A DNA stretch of 41,672 nt. Origin: a virus (Duplodnaviria > Caudoviricetes). Positions within the stretch are counted from its first letter, which is position 1, and each line of letters starts with the position of its first letter. Both the position numbers and the translations under genes were made by a program. The DNA lies in the IMG/VR virus record IMGVR_UViG_3300010362_000044, positions 1-41,672 of that record; one strand, written 5' to 3'. The notes beneath the pieces were generated by a model. That model did not search any database, was not told the origin of the DNA, and saw nothing but the letters and a program-made list of their open reading frames with translations. This document shows positions 1-8,812 of the stretch, one piece after another.

Positions 1-735
1 GGCGAGAACATCACCATCACCGGGGCCGGGTCCGCCGGTGATCCGTTCGTCATCTCCGGCACCGAGGGCGCGGGCGGCGGCGGCGTCGTCCCGACCGGGG
101 TGTGGGTGCCGTTCGGGGGGACGGCGGCTCCGGCGGGCTGGCTCATGTGCAACGGGCAGGCGGTCAACCGGGCGACGTTCTCGGACCTGTTCGCGGTCAT
201 CGGCACCCGGTTCGGGGCCGGCGACGGGGCCACCACGTTCAACGTGCCGAACCTGGTCAACCGGGTGCCCATCGGGGCCGGCGGCAAGTACGGGGCCGGG
301 TCCTCGGGGGGCGCGGACACGGTGACCCTGACGGTGGCGAACCTGCCGCCGCACGCCCATCAGATCAGCCACACGCACACCATCAACCACACGCACACGG
401 TGACCCACGACCACGGCTCGTTCAACACGGCGTCGGGCGGCACGCATACCCACAAGTTGCAGGTCGACAACTCCGACGGCGGCTCCAACGCCACGGTCCG
501 GCAGGCGGGGGCGACCGGCCATGACACCGCCGGCCCGGTCGAGACCACCGGCGGCCACGTCCACACCATCAACGTGCCGCCGAACACGGTGACCTCGTCG
601 GGGACGGCGGCGTCGTCGGGTGGCACGTCGGCGATCAACTCGGCCACCAACCCCTCGGGCGGGACGCAGATGACCGCCGCGTCGTTCACGAACGTGCCGC
701 CGTACGTCGCCACCAACTTCGTCATCAAGACGTGA
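1..735 (+). CDS. Tail fibre / minor tail protein with phage tail-collar domain (5' truncated)
   Basis: Frame open from base 1. Collar signature PTGVWVPFGGTAAPAGWLMCNGQAVNRATFSDLFAVIGTRFGAGDGATTFNVPNL, several HxH motifs, C-terminal NVPPYVATNFVIKT. Confidence 0.9.
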   Translation, partial: GENITITGAGSAGDPFVISGTEGAGGGGVVPTGVWVPFGGTAAPAGWLMCNGQAVNRATFSDLFAVIGTRFGAGDGATTFNVPNLVNRVPIGAGGKYGAGSSGGADTVTLTVANLPPHAHQISHTHTINHTHTVTHDHGSFNTASGGTHTHKLQVDNSDGGSNATVRQAGATGHDTAGPVETTGGHVHTINVPPNTVTSSGTAASSGGTSAINSATNPSGGTQMTAASFTNVPPYVATNFVIKT

Positions 736-758
736 ACACGACGCATCAAGGAGGGGCT

Positions 759-1091
759 ATGACCCAGATCCCGAACGTGACCGCCGGTGCCAGGACCGGG
801 TTCGGCGAGGCCCTAGAGGGCGGAACCTACGACCCCGCAGAAGCCGCACAGGGAGCCTCGCCGGCACGCGGCGGCACCGGCACCCGCGCCGAGGCCCCGG
901 GGCCGGCAGACGCCAGCCTCGAGCCGGCTGCGACCCAATCCGAGGCGCCGCCGACCGGGACCATCGCCGAGATTCTGGCGTGGGTCGGCTCGGACCAGGC
1001 CAGGGCACAGGCCGCCCTCGACGCGGAGTACGGGACCGGGCACCCGCGCTCCACCCTGGTCGCGGCCCTCGACCCCATCGCCCGAGGCTAG
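759..1091 (+). CDS. Hypothetical phage protein
   Basis: AAGGAGG RBS then ATG 759. C-terminal TIAEILAWVGSDQARAQAALDAE...PRSTL resembles a small actinophage domain. Confidence 0.7.
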   Translation: MTQIPNVTAGARTGFGEALEGGTYDPAEAAQGASPARGGTGTRAEAPGPADASLEPAATQSEAPPTGTIAEILAWVGSDQARAQAALDAEYGTGHPRSTLVAALDPIARG

Positions 1092-1249
1092 GCCGCACCC
1101 TCGTCGCGGCGTTCCGCGACGTACCCGGCGGCACAGTCCTGGTGCATCCAGGCCGGCCCGCCGGGGCGGCAGATGACGTCGCCGGGTCGGATGGTCTGCC
1201 CGCAGACCGGGCACACGCTGATCCGTTGGGCCTCGACGCAGCGAGGCAT
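1088..1249 (-). CDS. Small Zn-finger-like protein (53 aa, not in ORF track)
   Basis: Hand translation MPRCVEAQRISVCPVCGQTIRPGDVICRPGGPAWMHQDCAAGYVAERRDEGAA; TGATG coupling to the upstream gene. Confidence 0.65.
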   Translation of the reverse strand: MPRCVEAQRISVCPVCGQTIRPGDVICRPGGPAWMHQDCAAGYVAERRDEGAA

Positions 1250-1479
1250 CAGGCGGTCGCGAACAGGAACGGCTGGTCGCTGTGGGCCTGCTCCTCGCGG
1301 CGGGCCAGGCGGACGCAGGTGGGGCAGTGGTGGGCGTGGTCGTGGGGGTCGCGGTCCAGCAGCCGGCGCAGCACCTGGTCGGCGGGCACCCCGAGCCGGA
1401 TCAGGTCGGCGAAGCGGTCGTAGGTCTCGGTCGAGACGGTCAGGAACAGGGTCGTCGTCTCCTCACCAGGGGCGTTCAT
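1249..1479 (-). CDS. Small DNA-binding protein, ribbon-helix-helix-like N-terminus plus His/Cys cluster
   Basis: TTTLFLTVSTETYDRFADLIRLGVPADQVLRRLLD fits strand-helix-helix; GAGGAGG RBS upstream on the minus strand. Confidence 0.55.
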   Translation of the reverse strand: MNAPGEETTTLFLTVSTETYDRFADLIRLGVPADQVLRRLLDRDPHDHAHHCPTCVRLARREEQAHSDQPFLFATA

Positions 1480-1777
1480 GCGGAGCCTCCTCTGCTAGCA
1501 GGCTCACCGTGGCACGCCGGCTGGCTCGGTCGGCGACGACACGCCGGGCCACCACGTCCCGCAGGACCGGGGCTCCCCTGCCGAGGGCGGCCTGCCAGCG
1601 GGCGTCGTGACAGCCGGCATCCAGCGTGCGGACCCGGTCGCCGCTGCGGCGACGGACCTTGTCGGGGACGCCGGCGACGCGGCACAGGCTGCCGGGGCCG
1701 GCCCCGCACCAGGGGCAGGCGACGGCGAACAGGCGCCGGCGTTCCTCACGAGTAGCCACGAGGGTAAGCGTACGCAC
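1463..1777 (-). CDS. Zn-finger protein (CPxCGAxPxxxC...HxxR)
   Basis: ACPWCGAGPGSLC...CHDARW; same pattern as 24861-25055. Confidence 0.65.
   Translation of the reverse strand: MRTLTLVATREERRRLFAVACPWCGAGPGSLCRVAGVPDKVRRRSGDRVRTLDAGCHDARWQAALGRGAPVLRDVVARRVVADRASRRATVSLLAEEAPHERPW
1492..1501. promoter_or_regulatory. Palindrome CTGCTAGCAG (putative operator, copy 1)
   Basis: Perfect 10-bp palindrome, also at 14039 and 39463; lies 12 bp upstream of the 1479 start. Confidence 0.5.
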
Positions 1778-1933
1778 TCACCATCGATGCCTCTTGCGCC
1801 GCCACCACTGCTTCCACCACGGCAGCCGCTCGAAGGCGTCCAACCGGGCCAGCGCATCCTCGGCGGCGACCAGGACCCGGCACCGTGGGTGGTGGGCCTC
1901 GTCGTAGGCGGCTCCGCATCCGGCGCAGGGCAT
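1778..1933 (-). CDS. Small hypothetical protein (CxxC)
   Basis: MPCAGCGAAYDEAHHPRC...; TGATG coupling at 1931-1935. Confidence 0.55.
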   Translation of the reverse strand: MPCAGCGAAYDEAHHPRCRVLVAAEDALARLDAFERLPWWKQWWRRKRHRW

Positions 1934-2568
1934 CAGCGTCGCCGCCTCTCGCGGCGGTGGCGTTGGACCTCGGGTTCCATCTCGCGGGCCTCCTCGGCGG
2001 CCCGCTTCCCCACCTGGCAGGTCGGGCACGCCGCGACCCCCATGTAGCCGTCCACGACCTGGCCGTGCCGGACCACCGGCTGCTCCTCGTCCAACCAGCC
2101 GTCGCGGCACACGTCGTGGTCGCACGGACAGTTGCGCCACCACCGGCACCGGCGTTCCTCGGCCTCGTCCCGAGGGGCGGTGAGCGTGGCCCCCGGCGGC
2201 TCGGGCATAGGCCGGCCCGCGTCCAGTTCGGCTCTCGCGTGGGCGATGTAGGGGCGCACCCACGCCGGCATCCCCGGCAGGTCCAGGTCGCCGCCGATGG
2301 CGAGCGGCTCGGTCAGCCGCTCCCGTTCCTCGGCGCGGTCGCGTTCCTCGAGCCACGCGGCCCTGATGTGAGCGGCTTGCATGTTCTCGGTTCGCGGCGT
2401 CCGGTAGGCCCGCTCCAACCAGCGCATGGCCCACTCGGCGGGCACGTCGGCCAGGAGCGTGTGCCAGGCATGGACCCGGAGCCGCATCGTCTCGGCGTCG
2501 AGGGGTCGGACGTACGGGTCGAGTGTGTCTACCAGGGCGACGACCTGGGCGGTCTCGGCGGGGTTCAT
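1933..2568 (-). CDS. Putative replicative helicase loader/inhibitor-like protein
   Basis: MNPAETAQVVALV...AWHTLLADVPAEWA...AAHI resembles G39P-like proteins; directly downstream of the initiator (ATGA overlap). Confidence 0.55.
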   Translation of the reverse strand: MNPAETAQVVALVDTLDPYVRPLDAETMRLRVHAWHTLLADVPAEWAMRWLERAYRTPRTENMQAAHIRAAWLEERDRAEERERLTEPLAIGGDLDLPGMPAWVRPYIAHARAELDAGRPMPEPPGATLTAPRDEAEERRCRWWRNCPCDHDVCRDGWLDEEQPVVRHGQVVDGYMGVAACPTCQVGKRAAEEAREMEPEVQRHRRERRRR

Positions 2569-3377
2569 CGGGCCTCCTGATCCGGCGGGAACGGTCCGAG
2601 CGTAGGCGGGTTCGGGGGCGGCCAGCGAGCCTGCTCGACCGCGAGTTCGCGGGCGACCTGCATCGCCGCGTTGGCCCCGGTCGCGGCTCGGGCGGGGGGC
2701 CGGTAGTCGGCCAGGTAGGTCACCACGTCCATCAGGCCACGCCGGCCCGCGTCCCCGGCTGCCTGCCAGGCCGTCACCCACGACTCGCGGCTGGTCCTGG
2801 TCTTGGCGACCTGCCGGCATCCGCCGGCGACACGTTTCACCACCGAGGGGTCGGGTTGCCTGCCGTGGTGAGCGGCGGACCAGTTCTCGCACCAGGCGGC
2901 TACCAGGTGGCCGGCGTTGGGTTCCGGCAACGGCGGCAACGGCATCCCCGGCAACGCCGGGGGTTCTGGTTCGTTCATCTGGTTCACTTCCTCTAGTTCA
3001 GCGGCCACCAGCGCCGGTCCCGACCGGCCACCAGCGCCGGTCTGACCGGCCACAGACGCCGGTTGTGGATCGTCGGTGACCGGCGCTCCTGGCCGGTCAT
3101 GGACGACGTAGGCGTTGCGTTCTCGTTGCCCGATGCGCTCCCACGAGACGAGGCCCCGCCGGCGCAGGGCGACCAGGGCGCGACGGATCGACCGATCCGA
3201 CAGGCCGGTGTCCTTCGTCAGCGTGGTCTGCGACGGGTCGCACCGTCCGGTCTTGCGGTTCCGGTGCAGGAGCAGGGCGAGCAGGACCCGGACCTCGTTG
3301 GCGGTGAGCGAGGGGTCGCCGGCCCAGCCGGCAGGGAACTTGACATATCTGTCGGGGGGTTCTGCTAGCGTTGCCAC
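2565..3377 (-). CDS. Replication initiator protein (N-terminal winged HTH, HTH_36-like)
   Basis: LTANEVRVLLALLLHRNRKTGRCDPSQTTLTKDTGLSDRSIRRALVALRRRGLVS; internal iterons. GTG 3377 chosen from the GGAGAG RBS. Confidence 0.75.
   Translation of the reverse strand: MATLAEPPDRYVKFPAGWAGDPSLTANEVRVLLALLLHRNRKTGRCDPSQTTLTKDTGLSDRSIRRALVALRRRGLVSWERIGQRERNAYVVHDRPGAPVTDDPQPASVAGQTGAGGRSGPALVAAELEEVNQMNEPEPPALPGMPLPPLPEPNAGHLVAAWCENWSAAHHGRQPDPSVVKRVAGGCRQVAKTRTSRESWVTAWQAAGDAGRRGLMDVVTYLADYRPPARAATGANAAMQVARELAVEQARWPPPNPPTLGPFPPDQEAR
2963..3098. repeat. Putative replication origin: four GACCGGC-N7-GCCGGTC iterons plus an adjacent lower-GC tract
   Basis: Copies at 2999-3019 (degenerate), 3022-3042, 3044-3064 and 3078-3098 (inverted); GTTC-rich tract at 2963-3000; all inside the initiator gene. 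Confidence 0.65.
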
Positions 3378-3551
3378 CGGCGACTTCTCTCCGCGAGTAG
3401 GGGTTGTCACTGGCCTTCTGATCCTTCCCAAGACGATCCGTGGCCTTGGCCCTCGGCCCCTGCAACGGCAGCCGAGGGCCTTACTCTACCCATCACCCGC
3501 CACCCCAGCGTTCTGCGCGTATGGACGCATCCCATCGGCTAGGATGGAGCC
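3378..3551. promoter_or_regulatory. Divergent promoter region
   Basis: Strand switch point. TGCGCGTATG operator-like site at 3514-3523; TAGGAT -10-like at 3540-3545, 6 nt before ATG 3552. Confidence 0.6.
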
Positions 3552-3827
3552 ATGCCACCCGCCCCCGGTCAGTTCGCCCCCGACTCCCTCGCCACCGCCA
3601 TCCGCACCTGGTTCGCCGACCATCCCGGCCTGCACCGCTGCCAGGAGGTCGCCGTCGGCCTCGGCCACACCCAGACCTGGGCGGTCGCCAACGAGTGTGG
3701 TCGCCTGTACCGGCGCGGCCACCTGACCCGATCCCGCGTCCCCATCGAGGGCCGCACTACCCCGGTGACGTACTACGCAGCCGCCGCCGAGGTCCACCAC
3801 CGCCGACCGAAGGAGAACCAGGCATGA
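3552..3827 (+). CDS. Small winged-HTH-like DNA-binding protein
   Basis: HRCQEVAVGLGHTQTWAVANECGRLYRRGHLTRSR...VTYYAA; first gene of the rightward operon. Confidence 0.55.
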   Translation: MPPAPGQFAPDSLATAIRTWFADHPGLHRCQEVAVGLGHTQTWAVANECGRLYRRGHLTRSRVPIEGRTTPVTYYAAAAEVHHRRPKENQA

Positions 3828-4744
3828 CCGAACGACCCGCCAAGAAGCCCACACCGGCGCAGGCCAAGGCCGCCGCCGACACCGCCCACGACGAACCTCG
3901 AGTCGCGCCCGAGGAGGGCAACGGCCTCGGGGCCCCCGAGGACACCGGCCTGCTCTCCAAGCGCGGTCAGGTCATCCGCGACGCCCTCGCCGCCGCCGGC
4001 CTGCCGCCCCTGCCCGACTGGCCCGAGTCCCCCGAGGGCACCGACGCCCTCTGGGCCGCCCTGACCGCCCCGTTCTCACCGGAGGAGATCGAACGGAAGC
4101 CGCAGCCGCTGCGCCGCGACGACAACGAGAAGGGCCGGTGCGAGGAGGGCGCGTGGTTCTGCGCCGACGCCCACCCCTGCGGCGGCTGGCACGCCCGCGC
4201 CGTCCACCTGGACTACGTCGGCCACGCCGGCATCACCACCCGCCTCAACGACGTGGTCGGCCCCGCCGGCTGGGAGTTCGAGCCGTACACCGAGACCGAC
4301 GACGGGTGGCCGGCGATGACCACCACCCTGTTCCCGGCCCGGCTCACCATCCTCGGTGTCTCGAAGTGGGACCTGGCCGCCAACTTCGCCAGCCCGCAGG
4401 AGGCCTACGGCGACGCCCTGCGACGGTGCGCGATGCGGTTCGGGATCGGCACCTACCTGTGGAGCAAGTCCGAGGCCGCCGCCGCCAAGGCCCGGGTGGC
4501 CGACGACCAGGTCATCCCCCTGGCCCTGCCGACGATGGACGAGTTGCTGAAGCGGCTCGATGACGCCGCCGCCTCACAGGCCATCGACCGGGAGCAGATC
4601 ACCGCCAAGTGGCGGGAGGCCCACGGCGGCATCCCGGTCGAGGAACTGCCCAACCTCGGTCCCGAGAACCTGCTGCCCCTGGTCGATGCCATCGAGTCCT
4701 ACATCGCCGCCGGCCAGGCCCTCGCCCCGAGGACCGACGCATGA
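3824..4744 (+). CDS. Rad52/Rad22-family (Sak-like) single-strand annealing protein
   Basis: LTAPFSPEEIE...LDYVGHAGITTRLNDVVGPAGWEF...GDALRRCAMRFGIGTYLW; AAGGAG RBS, ATGA overlap. Confidence 0.85.
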   Translation: MTERPAKKPTPAQAKAAADTAHDEPRVAPEEGNGLGAPEDTGLLSKRGQVIRDALAAAGLPPLPDWPESPEGTDALWAALTAPFSPEEIERKPQPLRRDDNEKGRCEEGAWFCADAHPCGGWHARAVHLDYVGHAGITTRLNDVVGPAGWEFEPYTETDDGWPAMTTTLFPARLTILGVSKWDLAANFASPQEAYGDALRRCAMRFGIGTYLWSKSEAAAAKARVADDQVIPLALPTMDELLKRLDDAAASQAIDREQITAKWREAHGGIPVEELPNLGPENLLPLVDAIESYIAAGQALAPRTDA

Positions 4745-4962
4745 CCGCCCGGTCCGGCCAGTGCCCCGACTGCGGCGGCCACTACCGGCTCCGCCCGGAC
4801 GGCACCATCAGCACCCACAGCCCGGTCACCGGCGGCGGCGGGTTCTGCGACGGGGTCGGCCAGGCCCCCCGCGAGGACCCCGACGCCTACACCGTCGGAC
4901 GCGACCACGACCCCTGGGTCCTCGGCGGCGGGGGTTGGGAGCAGGACCGGCGCGGCCACTGA
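4741..4962 (+). CDS. Small Zn-finger protein
   Basis: GQCPDCGGHYRLRPDGTISTH...FCDG; ATGA overlap. Confidence 0.65.
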   Translation: MTARSGQCPDCGGHYRLRPDGTISTHSPVTGGGGFCDGVGQAPREDPDAYTVGRDHDPWVLGGGGWEQDRRGH

Positions 4963-4965
4963 GAC

Positions 4966-5014
4966 GTTCCCGGGGCCGGCCCCTACCCGTGAAGCGCGTG
5001 CCGGCCCCGGGAAC
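4966..5014 (+). terminator. GC-rich hairpin, putative terminator
   Basis: 15-bp perfect inverted repeat GTTCCCGGGGCCGGC/GCCGGCCCCGGGAAC right after a stop codon; no U tract. Confidence 0.5.
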
Positions 5015-5088
5015 CCGGTGCGCGTAAGGTGGCGGGTTACCACCCGCCGGGTCTGGCCGGCGGGACCGACCCGTCCAGGAGGACACGT

Positions 5089-5916
5089 ATGACCGCCACG
5101 AGACAGATTCGTCAGAACGCCGCCGCCGTCGCCGCCGGGCTCGCCTCGGACTGGCACAACGCCTACCTCATCGCCTGCTCGGTCGCACTCAACGAGGGCA
5201 GCCGTTCTCGTGCGCGAACTCGGGCACGAGACGACGGCAAGGTCTCCGGTAACGAGTTCGCCCGCCTGGTGGCCGCCGCCGCCGGCGGGAAGGTGTACGG
5301 GATGGGGCCGAAGGCCATCGTCGCCGCCCTGACCAAGTGGGACCGGGTCGCCGCCGAGGCCGGCCTGCCGACCAGCGACACCCTGACCCCCGCCGACGCC
5401 AGCCGGCAGGTCGACTACCCGGACCGGGCGTGGTACGAGCAGGACGGGTCGCCGCACGTCGCCCGGTCCAAGGAGCAGGACATCGCCGCCAACCCTGCCG
5501 CCGTCGCTCGGGCCATCGCCGCCAACCCCGACCTGGCCGACCGGGTCGCCGCCGACCCTGACTCGACCAAGGCGCTCAACGAGGCCGTGATGCGGACCGA
5601 CGCGGGGCGGGCCATGCAACGGTCCATCGAGCGGGGCCGCCGGCAGCGTGAGGCCCGCGAGGACGACGCCCCGAAATACCTCCGCTCCGGCCTGCGTGGC
5701 CTGGGCGTGTTCCTCGAACTCGGCGCGATGGTCGAGGAGATCGTGGAGGAGTGCGTCTGGGACGACGAGGGCGCACGCGCCGCGCTCCTGATCGTCGGCG
5801 CGATGGAGCACGAGGCGAAGGTGCTGCGGGCCTGGGCCGAGGGGGCCGCCAAGCCGCCCTCGGACGAGGAGTTCGACCGCGAGGTCGACGCCCTGCTGCG
5901 GGGTGACCCGTCATGA
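5089..5916 (+). CDS. Hypothetical protein
   Basis: AGGAGG RBS, ATG 5089, high-GC3 codon usage. Confidence 0.75.
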   Translation: MTATRQIRQNAAAVAAGLASDWHNAYLIACSVALNEGSRSRARTRARDDGKVSGNEFARLVAAAAGGKVYGMGPKAIVAALTKWDRVAAEAGLPTSDTLTPADASRQVDYPDRAWYEQDGSPHVARSKEQDIAANPAAVARAIAANPDLADRVAADPDSTKALNEAVMRTDAGRAMQRSIERGRRQREAREDDAPKYLRSGLRGLGVFLELGAMVEEIVEECVWDDEGARAALLIVGAMEHEAKVLRAWAEGAAKPPSDEEFDREVDALLRGDPS

Positions 5917-6362
5917 GCGGGGGGCCGTGGATCACGGGCCGGCAGGAGCCGCAGCCCGGGTCACGACGGTTCGCCTGGATGACCTACCTGAAGGCCTGGT
6001 TGCTGGCGAACCCCGCAGGGGGCCGCTACGACCAGGTCGCCGCCGCCCTCGGCTGGCCCGAGCAGCGGCCCGCCTGGGTGGCCCTCGACCTGCACCTGTT
6101 CGACCCCGACCTGGTCGTCTCCATCCCGGCCCCGAAGAACGACTACACGCTCCGGGCCGGCTGGAACCGGACGGCCCGGCGGGGCGAGGCGAACCAGGCC
6201 CGGCACGCCGCGACCCGGCTGGAGCGGATGGCGATTCGGTGGGAGAAGGCCGCCGGCCAGGAGAAGAACGCGAACATCGCGAACTGGCTCCGCATCGGCG
6301 CTCACAACGCCCGGGGCGAGGCCGCCGAACTGCGGCAGATCGCGACCGTCCTGGACGTGTGA
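5913..6362 (+). CDS. Hypothetical protein
   Basis: ATGA overlap with the previous gene; codon usage. Confidence 0.7.
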   Translation: MSGGPWITGRQEPQPGSRRFAWMTYLKAWLLANPAGGRYDQVAAALGWPEQRPAWVALDLHLFDPDLVVSIPAPKNDYTLRAGWNRTARRGEANQARHAATRLERMAIRWEKAAGQEKNANIANWLRIGAHNARGEAAELRQIATVLDV

Positions 6363-6440
6363 CGGGCGAGGCCCCGAGGCCGGTGTGCGCAACGCCGGCC
6401 CCGGGGCCTGGCTCCCCCGTCGGTCGCGAAGGCTACCCTG

Positions 6441-6512
6441 GAGTTGCGCGTATGCGTATGGCAGGGCAAGGTGTGACCCAGCAACGACCCGCCAACCAGA
6501 AGGAACCAGAAC
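6441..6512 (+). promoter_or_regulatory. Conserved promoter-leader repeat, copy 1
   Basis: TTGCGC-17bp-CAAGGT, inverted operator TGCGCGTATG at 6445, GACCCGCCAA at 6486, AAGGAA RBS. Confidence 0.75.
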
Positions 6513-7226
6513 ATGACCACCACCTACCCGGCCAGCCCGAAGCAGACCGGCCTGATCACCCGCCTCCTCGGCGAGCGCGACACCACCGGCACCCGCTTCG
6601 AGGGCCACACCACCGCCCCCGCCGGCCTCACCGGCGGCAGGAACGGCACCGCGAGCCAGGCGATCACCGCCCTGTTCGCCCTGCCGAAGAAGGCCACCGA
6701 GGGCGACCGGGAGCACGCCAAGCCCGGCTACTACGCCACCGACGCCGGCGACTTCGTCTTCGTCAAGGCCAACAAGGCCGGCACCCGCACCTACGCGGTG
6801 GCCCTGACCTCACGCACGTCCGAGACGGGCCGCACCACCTGGTCCTGGGACTACGCCCCCGGTACCGCCGCCACCCTGGCCGCCGCGCACCCGATGACCG
6901 TTCAGGAGGCCGCCGCGTTCGGGCACCTGCACGGCATCTGCATCCGGTGCCTGAAGGCCCTCACCGACCCGGTGAGCGCGACCCTCGGCTACGGCGAGAC
7001 CTGCGCCGGCCACATGGGATGGCCGTACCCGCAGACCAAGGCCGCCCGGCAGGCCCTCCTCGGGGTCACCGAGGACGACGACCGGGTCTGGAAGGCCGCC
7101 GAGGCAGCCCGCGAGGCCGCACAGGAGGCCGAGGCATACGCCGCGAAGGTCGCCGCCCGCGAGCAGGCCGAGCGCGACTGGTCCTGGGCCTACCAGAACC
7201 GTTGGGGCCGCGCCGAGAACGAGTGA
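6513..7226 (+). CDS. DUF6011-like Zn-binding domain protein
   Basis: GICIRCLKALTDPVSATLGYGETCA motif; N-terminal ASPKQ...I motif. Confidence 0.75.
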   Translation: MTTTYPASPKQTGLITRLLGERDTTGTRFEGHTTAPAGLTGGRNGTASQAITALFALPKKATEGDREHAKPGYYATDAGDFVFVKANKAGTRTYAVALTSRTSETGRTTWSWDYAPGTAATLAAAHPMTVQEAAAFGHLHGICIRCLKALTDPVSATLGYGETCAGHMGWPYPQTKAARQALLGVTEDDDRVWKAAEAAREAAQEAEAYAAKVAAREQAERDWSWAYQNRWGRAENE

Positions 7227-7362
7227 CCAGACCGCCGGCCCCGGGCCCCGGGGCCGGCGCCCAAGCCCCTGCCGGGCGGAGGAACAGAGTCGCGACAGTC
7301 GGCAAACTTCGCCACTACGCCGCCCGGCAGGCCCAACCCGCCAACCCGAAAGGAACCCCGCC

Positions 7363-7596
7363 ATGACCGACCTACCCACCGACGACCCCGTCAACGAGGC
7401 CGGCCCGAAGTATCCGGTCACCGTCCAGTTGACCGGCCAGGACGGCAACGCGTTCTTCATCCTCGGACGCGTCCAGGCCGGCCTCCGCCGGGCCGGCGTC
7501 CCCGAGGACGAGGTCAACGCCTACTACGCCGAGGCCACCGCCGGCGACTACGGCCACCTGCTGCGAACCACGATGCGCTGGGTCGAGGTGATCTGA
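7363..7596 (+). CDS. Small phage protein
   Basis: LTGQDGNAFFILGRV...GDYGHLL; preceded by AACCCGCCAA (7335) and an AAGGAA RBS. Confidence 0.8.
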   Translation: MTDLPTDDPVNEAGPKYPVTVQLTGQDGNAFFILGRVQAGLRRAGVPEDEVNAYYAEATAGDYGHLLRTTMRWVEVI

Positions 7597-7796
7597 TGCA
7601 CGCCATCGAGGGCGGCCCCCCGTACCGGGTCGATGTCGAGGCCGCCGGCGAGACGACCTGGGCGTCCAACGCCCGCCGGTTCGCCTCCCGGGGCGAGGCC
7701 GAGGAGTACGCCCGGGACCTGGCCGCCCGGTGGACCCTGATGGTCGGCTGGCGGGTGGTGCCCGCCACCACCCCGGAACGGCAACCCATCGAGTGA
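7596..7796 (+). CDS. Small phage protein
   Basis: TGATG coupling; WASNARRFASRGEAEEYARDL. Confidence 0.7.
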   Translation: MHAIEGGPPYRVDVEAAGETTWASNARRFASRGEAEEYARDLAARWTLMVGWRVVPATTPERQPIE

Positions 7797-7887
7797 GGCC
7801 GTCGGTCCGCTACGGCATCCTCACCGTGCTCTGGCTCAACGCCCTCACCCTGGTCGCCCTCGTCGCCGCCCACCGCTAGGAGAACCG

Positions 7888-8385
7888 ATGACCCCACTCG
7901 ACGCCGCACCCCTGCCCGTCGCCACCGACAACGTCGAGCAGGGGGTCGAGTTCCTCGACGCCGCCCTGACCGACGACCACATGGTCGGCATCACCTGGCA
8001 GGACGCTGCCCGCCACCTGCGACGGCTGCGGGCCGCACGCGCCCGCCTGCACGCCCTGGAAAGCGCGCTGGAACTCCACATCGACCGGGCGTGGCGGGCC
8101 GAGGGCCTCCGGCAGCCGCAGGCCGTCATCGGGGCCGGCATGGTCGAGGTCAGCCGGCACCGCAAGCGGTCGAATTGGGATCACGAGGGTATCGGACGCG
8201 ACCTGATCGACGTGGCGATGAGGGAGCGCGGTGGGGAACTGCCGGACCCCTACGAGGTCCGCGACTGGCTCTTGGCCGCCGCCGGCATCGGCTACTGGCG
8301 GGTCACCGCCCTGAAGGCCCACGGCCTGGACGCCAACGACTACTGCGTGGTCGAGAGGGGGGTGCCGTCGGTGCGCATCTCCTAG
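7888..8385 (+). CDS. Hypothetical protein
   Basis: AGGAG RBS; codon usage. Confidence 0.75.
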   Translation: MTPLDAAPLPVATDNVEQGVEFLDAALTDDHMVGITWQDAARHLRRLRAARARLHALESALELHIDRAWRAEGLRQPQAVIGAGMVEVSRHRKRSNWDHEGIGRDLIDVAMRERGGELPDPYEVRDWLLAAAGIGYWRVTALKAHGLDANDYCVVERGVPSVRIS

Positions 8386-8408
8386 CCGACATCGGCTAGC
8401 CTTGGCCC

Positions 8409-8610
8409 CGGCCCCGGGCCTCTACGGACGCCCGGGTTCGCCGAGTGTGTTCCTGATCTTGGCGGGTCGGTAACACAGGCGACGCCCCTCGGATCATCCG
8501 CTCATCCGGATGCCCGTTCCGGGGGGCGTCGCTGTTTGCCCAGCCTCGGCAGCCTGGCCTAGCGTGCCGCCTGTACGGGGCCGGGCAGCCACTCGACTCG
8601 GCCCCGCACA
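8409..8610 (+). ncRNA. Candidate structured small RNA carrying the antisense of the early-gene leader motif
   Basis: Intergenic. TAGCCT -10-like at 8397; hairpins at 8413-8436, 8447-8476, 8479-8532 and 8577-8607; TTGGCGGGTC at 8459-8468. Confidence 0.45.
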
Positions 8611-8638
8611 TCAGACCCGCCCGAGAGGAGCACGACAC

Positions 8639-8812
8639 ATGGACAACCTGCACTACGCCACCACCGCCAACGAACGCCACGCCGCCACCGTCGCCACCTG
8701 GACCGACGGCGGGGAGTGGCGCTACCGGATGCGCCTGGACGGACGCATCCTGGACGAAGGCAGCCTCGGCCCCGTCGAGGAGACCGACGCCGACCTCGAG
8801 CCGGCCCGGTGA
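8639..8812 (+). CDS. Small hypothetical protein
   Basis: GAGGAG RBS, ATG 8639; leader variant GACCCGCCC at 8615. Confidence 0.65.
   Translation: MDNLHYATTANERHAATVATWTDGGEWRYRMRLDGRILDEGSLGPVEETDADLEPAR

Noticed and set aside
1-735. Diversity-generating retroelement target in the tail fibre
   Set aside because: No reverse transcriptase or TR/VR pair noticed in the window.
8396-8480. Minus-strand gene driven by the inverted leader copy
   Set aside because: No ATG/GTG/TTG follows the AGGAAC on the minus strand. A degenerate inverted cassette remnant cannot be fully excluded.
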